Below are positions 54,230-64,000 of a DNA stretch of 64,000 nt, in pieces. This stretch comes from Octopus sinensis (Eukaryota). Both the position numbers and the translations under genes were made by a program. The stretch lies in the NCBI RefSeq assembly GCF_006345805.1, contig NC_043004.1, forward strand, positions 17,112,001 to 17,176,000, in the 5' to 3' direction. Positions within the stretch are counted from its first letter, which is position 1. Each line of letters starts with the position of its first letter. The notes beneath the pieces were generated by a model. That model searched no databases, was not told the DNA's origin, and was given only the letters and a program-made list of their open reading frames with translations.

Positions 54230-54778
54230 ATTTTTCTATGAATATTCTTGCTACCCTAAGATTTTAATTAATGATAAAATGTTTTTTGGCTAATTCTGGA
54301 AGAAAATCGGCAATTAATTTTTTTTAGTGCTGGTTGAGTATCCGCTTCTGCGCGGTAGATTCGAAAAGTTAGAACCTATAGACACGTGGCGGGTTATTTA
54401 TCGCTCCGTACCTATGTGTTCAGTCCTGGCAACCTACTGAAGAAGCAGCGCCGGATATAGGCTGAGATTATTTTATTTCAGTCTGTATTTAAGTCTGCAG
54501 AAACCTTGCAGGGTCTAGGATTAAGGTAAAAGTTTTTATTTTCCAATCACTTTCGGAATTACAACAATTGGTGGCTTGGAGTTTTAACTGCTCTTTCTAG
54601 CGAGTCAGATATTCTATTCTTCGGGTATCTCTTTTTGTGTTTGAACGTACACTGTATTCTTCTTTGAATAATATATAGTCTATTGACTAATTTTTTCTTT
54701 CTCGCAAGACCACTGGTAACTAAGAATTTTTCTATGAATATTCTTGCTACCCTAAGATTTTAATTAATGATAAAATGT
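54230..54778 (+). mobile_element. ~496-nt hammerhead-containing unit with a 53-bp terminal direct repeat
   Basis: 54230-54282 is identical to 54726-54778; HHR at 54431-54522: CCTA-CTGAAGA-A-GCAG...CTGC-A-GAAA-CC-TTGCAG-GG-TC-TAGG. Confidence 0.65.
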
Positions 54779-55346
54779 ATGTATATAATATATGTATGTG
54801 TATGTATTTTAGTGTCTATGTTTGTCCCCCCAATAACGCTTGACAACCTCTGCTGGTGTGTTTACGTCCCCGTAACTTAGCGGTTCGGCAAAAGAGACCG
54901 ATAGAATAAGTACTAGGCTTACAAAGGGGTCGATTTGCTCGACAAAAGGCGGTGCTCTAGCATGGCCGCAGTCAAATGACTGAAACAAGTAAAAGAGTAA
55001 AGAGAGAGTAAGAGTATTGCAGATTAACAAGATAAGTAGGACATTAGAAAAATGTTTATTTCAGTGTTTCTTTATTTTCTGAGTTCAAATCTCGCTTCGG
55101 TCGACATCGCTTTCATCATACTAGGGTTAATATTTTGAACAGAGCCAAACAGTTGAGTAGGTTTTACACAGTTGGAAACCTTCCCACAAATTTGAGGTTT
55201 TATGCCTATCTTATAAATCATTATTCCTACTAGTTTTACAATAACTTCTGACAACGCTACTATTCCTAATGCCGCAGCTCATGCTAAGACCAGTGCTGAC
55301 AAAAATTGGTCACCTGACTAAATTTTATTATTTAATTTAGCTCTAA

Positions 55347-56135
55347 GTCAGCGAGGAGGCGGAATCGTTAGCACGCCGGGCAAAATGCTTTGCGGTATTT
55401 CGTCTGCCGTTACGTCCTGAGTTCAAATTCCACCGAGATCGACTTTGCCTTTCATCCTTTCGGGGTCGATAAATTAAGTACCAGTTACGCACTGTGGTCG
55501 ATATAATCGACTTAATCCGTTTGTCTGTCCTTGTTTGTCCTCTCTGTGTTTAGCCCCTTGTGGGTAGTAAAGAAATAGGTATTTCGTCCGTGTTTACGTT
55601 CTGAGTTCAAATTCCGCCAAGGTCGACTTTACCTTTTTATCCTCTTGAGATCGATAAAATACTAGTTGAGTACTAAGGTCGATCTAATCGGTTTACTCGT
55701 TTCCCAAACTTGCTGGCCTCGTGCCAAAATTTGAACACATTGTTTAATTTAGCTCTTCGTTCTTTTTTGCACTGTGTGTTCGAAGATCATCAAGTTCAAC
55801 TCTACCTTTCGTCCTTTCGGAATCGATAAAATAAAGTACAAATTAAGAACTGGAGTCGATGTAATCAACTTCGCCCTCCCCTCGGAATTGTCCCTAAACT
55901 AGAAAGGGCGATTTCATTTAACTGTAAGGCGGCAAGGTGGCAGAATTGTTACCGCACCTGACAAAAATGTTTGCGGCATTTCTTCTAGCTCTTCCCGCCC
56001 TGAGTTCAAATTCCGCCGATGCAGATTTTGCCTTTTATCCCGTTAGGGGCCGATAAAATAAGTACCGCATGAACACTAGGGTCAGTGAAATCGCCTTCCC
56101 TTTCTCCACAATATTGCTGGCTTTGCGCCAAAATT
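55347..56135 (+). mobile_element. cluster of family A SINEs (dimer 55347-55735; copy 55925-56135)
   Basis: Homology to 17830-18065. Confidence 0.8.
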
Positions 56136-57668
56136 AGAATTTTTAAAATTTAATCACTCTATTTTTTGCTTTGTTTTTTTTTTCTTTTTTTTTATTTTGC
56201 TTTGTTTCTGTGTTCATGTTTCACTGCATTTAACCTTTTTTGTCATCTTCCAAAGTCGACGAAGATAATTCAGACAAAATGCGAAAATGTTGCGTAGAAA
56301 TATATTTTATGTACCTTTGTACTCTTAAAAGAGGGCCTTTGAATTACACGTATGGTCTTCCGTACAATTTTCATTGATCAAATTTTTCAATAAGACTTGG
56401 ATTCACCAGAGGCTTTAGTAAAACTTACTTGTCCAGGACACCAGAATGAAATCGAAACTGAAACCCCCTTAAACAAGAAACGAACCACTAGACTACACTG
56501 AGTTCGACTTGTCATAATTAGCAACGAAATCTCCTTCAAGTTTTATCCCTCCTTACCGTTTTAAATGTACTGGTTATATAATGTGTCTGTGAGTCTGTGT
56601 CTGTGTGTGTGTGTGTCCGTTTAAGGACAGAAGAGTAACTTTTGTGAAGGGAAATAGAGTTAAATTGAATAGACTCAGCATGTTATTGTACCTTATTCCA
56701 CTGAATCCGGACGATTGTTGAGCTAAGTTGACTCCATGGAATGTTATTTCATAGCAAACGCTCCAAAAATTAAATATTCTGAAGCATTTAGTCTAATGGA
56801 AACAACTAGTTTCCATTAGCTGTTTCCATCTACAGTCATATTATAAAGGAGTCTTTTATTTACTTTTGCTGTTTTACTTTTTAACACACGAGCCATCACA
56901 ACAATCATGTTATTCTGCTGTGTTTAAGACAGCCATCTCTGTAATAACAGTTTATTGATCAAATTACATCAATAAACGCAGCCGAACAATCGGTTATTAA
57001 TTTTAACTGCAACAATAATTTACTCTTCATACAAAAGAAAGAAGTCTTCTGGCATCTAACCAACCTTACATATTTTGGATTTTCTAACATTATCAAATAT
57101 TTACTTAATTATTTCAGTAGCTTCCTTTCAAAAAAAAACCTTCTGGCAAATTTGATCTTCTTGTAACTCATATAATTTAGTTTAATTTAGCGTTGAATTG
57201 ACAAAAGCATCGATCAAAATGCTTGATAAATATTTAGTTGTATTCGCTGTCTTTTGGTCTGTTGGTAATGTTAACTTATATCTATCCGTCTACGTTCCCA
57301 GTGCTGAAGTTCTTTCTGCAAAGAAAAGATTTTACCTTACACTGTGTCGTAGCTACATTTTATTCATCACACTACCCATGAGGCATTTCTGCCAACCTGT
57401 TAATCATTTTTATCTTTCGCCACAGCCGCAAATTTTAAAAGATGGTTGCAGCTGATAAAATTTAACTCAGTTTTTGGCCGGTATTTTATTTTCGAATCTG
57501 GAGGCGTGAAAATCAAAGCATACCTCAGTGGGATTTAAACTATGAGCTGGAATAATACCACAAGGCATTTTATTCAATTCTCTAATGACTCTGCTAATCT
57601 ACACTCCTAATAATAACAATGATAATTTCTAGCGTTAGCACAAATATTTTGAAATCCGAGGAATAAGA

Positions 57669-58233
57669 TTGGGTTGTCCGGAAAGTTCGTGCCGGTTTTT
57701 AAAGGAAAGAAAAAGGTCAATAAATACTTGCCATTACATTTTTAATCAAACAAATATGAACCACTTTGTTGCACAATGCGTCTCCATCTTTCCTTTAACT
57801 TGAAAATACCCTCTTCCCAGAATTGAGGTGCTTTCATGACAAAGGATTCATCAAGGTATCTTTTTACGTCATTCAAGGAATTGAGATTTTTACCATTAAG
57901 ACTATTCTGCAGAGACCTGAATAAGTGGAAATCCGAAGGAGCAATATCTGGTGAATATGGAGGGTGGGGTAACACATCCCAGCCGAGCTGCAACAATTTT
58001 TGTCTGGTTCCCAAAGCATCAAGTGCCGAAAATGAACTTTCTTATCTTCCATTTTAAAGGGTTACTGAATGAACACAGGTTATAGGAACATAAAGCTTCT
58101 TCCACGAAAAGATAGCTTAAACTGTGCTCTAAATGGAGGTGTAGTCAAATAGGTTTTATGGACTCAATCATGTTCTAAAATAAGTCGAAGTGTAAGCTAC
58201 TATAAATCGGCACAAACTTTCTGGAAAACCTAA
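57669..58233 (-). mobile_element. internally deleted mariner element
   Basis: TIRs TTGGGTTGTCCGGAAAGTTCGTGCCGGTTT / AAATCGGCACAAACTTTCTGGAAAACCTAA; ORF 57742-58014 LGWDVLPHPPYSPDIAPSDFHLFRSLQN. Confidence 0.9.
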
Positions 58234-58235
58234 TA

Positions 58236-58820
58236 TTATTCGATTACATCGATCCCAGTATTTGAGTGGTATTTACTTTTATCGATCCTGGAGAGATGGG
58301 ACATAAAATCGATCCTAGTACTTGACTATTTCTTCACTTCATCAACCTTCATCGATGAAAGACAAAACTGACTTCGGCAGATTTGAACTCGGATTGTAAA
58401 GGGCCGGAGCAAATATGCTAAAGCATTTCTTCAGTCGCTCTAACAATTCTGCCAGCTCACCACCCGAATACTATTTTTTCCTGCTATAATCACAAGGTTT
58501 CACATTTTAATAGGAGAGGACTAATCGATTACATCGATTCCAGTGCTTAACTGATACTAAATTCCATCGACCCTGACAGGGTGACAAGCAAAGTCTTCAT
58601 CGACAGAATTAGAACTCAGAACGTAAAACCGTAAGAATTGCTGCTAAGCATATTATCCGACATGCTAAAGATTCAGCCATCTCGCTGCCTTAATAATAAT
58701 AATCCTTTCTACTATAGGTACAAGGGTAGTGGACTAGTTGATTACATTGGCCCCAGTGCTCGACTGATACTAACTTTATTGACCCCGAAAGGATGAAAGG
58801 CAAAGCCGACTTCGGCGAGG
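58236..58820 (-). mobile_element. three successive degenerate family A SINEs
   Basis: Repeated ATCGACCC..GATGAAAG..GACTTCGGC..ATTTGAACTC motifs. Confidence 0.7.
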
Positions 58821-59027
58821 TTAGTGGTTTGATTATTAGCTATAAAATGCCACATAAAATACAAAATGCGTTACAAAATATGTTTTCCTAACAAGTGCAC
58901 TGTGCCCATTATACATGACCGTTTGGTTAGAGCCTCAACTTTGTTCTATGCTGAAAGAGATACATTATTTACACTATTTACATTATTTACATTTTGACGG
59001 ATATTTGTCCTCATCTTGTTTGTTGTT

Positions 59028-59073
59028 AACACAACGTTTCGGCTTATATACCCTCCAGCCTTCATCAGGTGTC
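59028..59073 (-). ncRNA. minimal hammerhead motif, same family as 40199-40244
   Basis: Minus strand GACAC-CTGATGA-A-GGCT..AGCC-GAAA-CG-TT-GTGTT within a repeat homologous to 40150-40300. Confidence 0.7.
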
Positions 59074-59148
59074 TCAGGGAAATTTCGAACCTGGGTTCTC
59101 ATTCCTAAGGTATTTTTCTATGTTGTTTGCGTGAGTTTGCGTGTGTAT

Positions 59149-59179
<31 letters not shown>

Positions 59180-59729
59180 CACGCGTGTCTATGTGTCTGC
59201 GTGTGTATGTGTGTCCGTGTGTGCGCGTGTCTGCGTGTGTGCAAGTGTGAATGTGTGAGTGTGTGTGTGCATGACGGACTACCAGATTTTACTCACCACA
59301 CATTGTTCAGGGCAAATCTACGAGAGAATACTCTTATCCAATGTACCACGCACTTTGGTTCAAAATACTGACCCACGTGGTTGCAAAGTAAAGTTCTTAA
59401 CCACATGTTCATTCCGGCAGCAACTGAAGGTCAACTGGTGATACAATTTATACAAGTATTACTACGCTTGATCATTTGTCGATCGAAGGTAAACTTCAAA
59501 ATCTTGAAGAACTTTCTTCCCGCCCGGGTCTTGAATGGAAGACATAGGTGAGAGGGGAGTTTAGGCGTTTAAATGTCCAAACATGAACTGCTCCATGGTA
59601 GTATAATGACAGGTGAGATTCAGCTAAGAATACACCAGGTAAATCAGAGCCAAGGAGGAACCGAGTCTACTATTCCACTATTTCAAAGAAAACTGACAAC
59701 GCTGTAATAACCATTTCTGCTATATGTAT

Positions 59730-60580
59730 AAGGTCTGAAATTTGGGGCGAGGGATTCTGTCTATTACATCGACCCCAATATTCAACTGGTACTTAATTTA
59801 TCGACCCTGAAAGGATGAAAGGTAAAGTCAACCCCAGCGGAATTTGAACTCAGAACGTAGCGGCGGGTGAAATACCGCTAAGCATTTCGTCCAGCGCGCT
59901 AACGATTCTGCCAGTTCGCCGCCTTAGATAATGGTAGAACAGATTGGAGTAACGTACATATAGGCGCTGGTATGGCCGTGTGGTTAAGAAGCTTGCTTTG
60001 CAGCCATGAGGTTTGAAGTTCAGTCTTTCATTCTAACTGCACGGCACCATGGGCAAGTGTTTTGTACTCTAGCACTGGGATGACCAATGCCTTTTTAATG
60101 AATTCGGTAGACGGAAACTTTGTGTGTAGGGGGGTGTATCTTCGCGCCTGTGTGTGCTCCACCGCACCGCTTGACCACCGGTATAAGGCAGCGAGCTGGC
60201 AGAAACGTTACCACGCCGGGCGAAATACGTAGCCGTATTTCATCTGCCGTTATGTTCTGAGTTCAAATTCCGCCGAAGTCGACTTTGCCTTTCATCCTTT
60301 CGGGGTCGATTAAATAAGTACAAGTTACGCACTGGCGTCGATGTGATCGACTTAAACCATGTGTCTGTCCTTGAGTGTCCCCTCTGTGTTTAGCCCCTTG
60401 TGGGTAATAAAGAAACAGGTATTGGTATGCCTACGTACCCATAATATAATCAGTTTGGCAATAGAGACTGAATGAATATCAGTCGTTAAAAATATGAGTA
60501 CTGAGGTCAATTTCTTGAACTAAAGCCTTGTAAGGCAATGCTCCAGCATGGCTGCAGTTCAATAACTGAAACAAGTAAAA
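59730..60580. mobile_element. SINE nest: family A (59730-59925, -), family B (59965-60580, +) interrupted by family A (60186-60417, +)
   Basis: Family B sequence resumes after the family A copy. Confidence 0.75.
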
Positions 60581-61314
60581 GATTAATGATAACGAATAGC
60601 ATATACAGCAGCTGTTATAAAAAGAGTGCATGCGTAGTTAGCCAAATTACAATTCCTTGATCTGATCGAAACTTCACAAATCAAAGATGAAACATGGTAC
60701 TCTAGAGAGCAATGAGAAACACCAGCTTCTTTGCAAAAAACAAATTTCTGCAAATCGATTTCTGGACAAAGATCTTTCTATTTCCTTCGCTTCTTTGCTG
60801 CATTTCAATCTTTCTTTACTTCGCTAATGTCTTTCAGATAAGCATTCTTTTCAGACAATCCCATTCCGCTCTTCTATAAAAAAATCTATGACTTGTACGA
60901 AGTTATGTAATCAATATGTTTATATGGAATATAAGTGAATTCGCTGCTAATATCAAAATGTATATCAAAGTAACTTTCTCTTTTCCTTTTCTTTCCTTCC
61001 ACTCTCTCTCTCTATCTCTATCTCTATCTCTTCCCTTCTCCCAATATCTCTCTTTTCTCTTTCTCTCTTTCTTCCTCTCTCTGTGGAAAACAGTTTCTCT
61101 GTTTAATTCTATTGTTAATGTACCTATTGATAATTGTGTGTATGTGTATATGTGTGTGCGTGCGCATGTGTGTGTGCGTGCATGGCGTCTGTGTGTGTGT
61201 GTGTGCGTCTGTGTGTGCATGTGGGTTCCTGTGTTCATGTAAAAGATAGCAATTATTCTTTGTGTGTGGGTGTTTTTTTTTTTTTGTTTTTTGTTTTTTT
61301 TCAAGTTTCATAAA

Positions 61315-61960
61315 AGGCTCTGGATGCTTCTTTAAAAGAATCTGAAATGGTTACAAAAAAAAATCATGAAGACTCATACTTTGGCAGAGAGTCAATTATT
61401 TTACCTGCATGCAAAAATATTATTAAGACGATGCCAGGAAGTTAAGTAGAACGAGCAAGAAGTAAAATTCCTCTCTCGGAGGATACAGTTCATAAGCACA
61501 TTCTTAAATTATCTGCTGACACAGAAGACATCTAAATTTTGCTGAGCAAGTTGCTGAGTCAAACACACATTACCAAAGCGCAGCTTTTCACATTCGTTTG
61601 TAAGGTTTTATTTTTTTACATGAAGATCAAAAAGGAGACTTTTTATTTTTTTTTGGCCTTTGTTTCTGATGTATTTTTGGCAAAAAAAATCCAAGGCACT
61701 ACAAGAGCTGAAAACATTTTTTTATATTTTAAATAACTACTTTGGAAGTTTTGAATTCATGTGTTGGTACTTGAAGTGATGAAGCTCTCATAACTGGCTT
61801 CATAACACTTTTAAAAGTGCAAAATCCGTATAGTGTTACAGCTCACTGCCGTCTGCATTGAAACCTTCACTGCAAAAAACGTTAGATTTGAAGTGTTAAA
61901 AGTTTTAGATAAATTTATAGAAAGCAGAATCTGTGTGTAACTGAAGATGCAGTGACGTAA
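61315..61960 (+). mobile_element. degraded hAT (Buster/Charlie-like) transposase fragment
   Basis: Manual translation gives IILPACKNII, SKIPLSEDTV, ITKAQLFTFV, GTTRAENIF, NNYF, FITLLKVQNPYSVTAHCRLH. Confidence 0.75.
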
Positions 61961-62206
61961 CAAATATTTGTAAAACAATAACAGCGTGGAAGACGTACAT
62001 TAGCCATTAAAAAAAAACCTCACAATAACTGTTAACTTCACTTAAACATTTATTATTTGGTGTCAAAATTTTCGTGAACTTAATAATTTTGTTTATTTTT
62101 GAAAGGCGAATATGTGCCTAACATGCTGTAATTGTTTTGTTTCAACACATGGTCTTAACTCTTACAAATGCCCCCCGAAATATTTGTAATATATTCCAAT
62201 AAGTGA

Positions 62207-63445
62207 AGGCAGCGACCTGACAGAATCGTTAGCACATCGGGCAAAATGCTTAACGGTATTTCGCCCGTCGCTACGTTCTGAGTTCAAATTCTGCCGAGGT
62301 CGACTTTGCCATTCATCCTTCCGGGGTCGATTAAAATAAGTACCATTTGAACACGGTGATCAATGTAAACTACTTAACCCCTCCCCCGAATTTGCTGGCT
62401 ATATACCAAAGTTTGAAACTAATATGTAAAGTATATGTTACAATTTACAAGAATATATTTAAAGAGGGATACGCTAATTTTTACGATACTTAAGAAAGTT
62501 AAAGTTTAAAAGGACTTAGCAAAATATCAATCCCATAAATATCATTGTTTTTACCTCACGAATACACTATGTCTGTGTATTACCCTGTATACAACCCGAT
62601 AGAAGAAGTACTCAATGCTTAAAGTAGAGTTAATAATGATAATTCTTTTTAATTTTGCTACAAAGCCAGCAGTTTTAGAGGGTGTGAGTTAATCGATTAC
62701 ATTGACCCCAGAACTTACTTTATCAACCCCGAAAAGATGAGAGGTGAAATCGACCTTGAATGCATTTGAGCTCATAACGTAAACAGCCGGAAGAAACACC
62801 GTTATGCGTTTTGTCCGGTGCAGTAAAGATCCTACCAGCGCATCCCTTTTTATAGTAGTTAGCAATAATGGTTTCTAATTTAGGCACAAGGTAAGCAATC
62901 TAAGAGGGAGGAGAATGGTCAACAACACCGACTCCAGTACGTGACCGGTACTTTATTTTATCGCCACTGAGGAGGCGAAAGGCAGCTGACCACAAAGGTT
63001 TTTGAATTCAGCACGTTAAAGCCAGAAGAAATGTTGCTAAGCATTTTGTTTCGCATGTGAGTGATTTTACCAGCTTGCCACCTAAGTTAATGTTATCATA
63101 TCAACAAAAGAGCAGATTTTCACCGACATTTCTTCCAGGATTTGTGTTGACACTTGTCCAAAACAACGGATGTGTCGGTGAAAATCTGTTTGATAGCTAC
63201 AACTATAAAATTTAGTAAAACAAGTCCTACTAATAGTGATTCCAAATTTTGGCACATGGTCAATGGCAAGAGTGAAAAGTCGATTACATTGATCTTAATA
63301 CTCAACTGCTACTTATTTTATCGACCTCGAAATGATGAAAGGCAAAGTGACCTTGGCGGAATTTGAACTCAGAACTTAAAGACGGACAAAATGTCGCTAA
63401 GCATTTTGTCCGGCATGCTAATGATTCTGCCAGATCACCGCCTGA
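62207..63445. mobile_element. four degenerate family A SINEs (62207-62420 +; 62670-62845, 62880-63085 and 63255-63445 -)
   Basis: Homology to family A. Confidence 0.7.
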
Positions 63446-64000
63446 CAATTATTAAAATTCTGCTATTCAAATTTGAATATATATCTAACAGTTAAACAAG
63501 GATATTATTACGTACGTGAAAGATACAGCTAAAAACGTAATGAGAGGGCAGAGATAGAAATATAATGATAAAGAGGGAAATAAAAGTAGAAAGAAGCACA
63601 CACACACACAAACACACACATACACACATACACATACACACAACTGGCTTCCATGCACTTTCTGTTTACTAAATTCACTCATGAAGCATTGGTCGATGCG
63701 GAACTATAAAAGAAGACACTCGACCAAAGTGCTGCGCACTGTGAGAGTGAACTCTAACCCACGTGGTTGCAAAGTGTGCTTCTTAACCACTCAGCCAAGC
63801 CTGCGCCATAAGCCATGAAATTCCCATAGAAAAAAAAACTGACCTTCTTCAAATACCTTGTCTGGTGACAACATAAATTCTTTTGTCTAGGATAAGAAGG
63901 GGGAAGATTCTGAAAAACGAAAGGTTGATAAAATGAGGTCACATCTAAAAAAAAAAGTGTAAGAAGGATCTGCCGAATGAAACAGCAGAAGCAAGTACGA

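Overview
This is an AT-rich, microsatellite-saturated eukaryotic window with no supportable host gene exon. Nearly all long ORFs in the track are translations of simple repeats. The repeat landscape suggests an octopus or other cephalopod genome, but that is inferred from the SINE, LINE and microsatellite content, not from a database search. Recognisable content is decayed mobile elements: R4/Dong-like non-LTR elements in (AAT)n arrays, a Tx1/L1-like LINE in (GATA/GACA)n, RTE and CR1-like LINEs, two Penelope-like (PLE) relics, three Tc1/mariner relics, a hAT (Buster-like) relic, MITEs, a Helitron-like 3' end, and three tRNA-derived SINE families. The most interesting signal is about 10 good and several degenerate type I hammerhead ribozyme (HHR) motifs, of the form stem I / CTGANGA / stem II / GAAA / palindromic stem III / TH / stem I'. 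They belong to several unrelated sequence families and repeatedly sit in fold-back architectures: divergent HHR pairs in palindrome arms, single HHRs in the spacer of long inverted repeats, and one ~496-nt HHR unit with a 53-bp terminal direct repeat (retrozyme-like). All ribozyme calls were made by eye from sequence and pairing; activity is untested. Boundaries of decayed elements are approximate.
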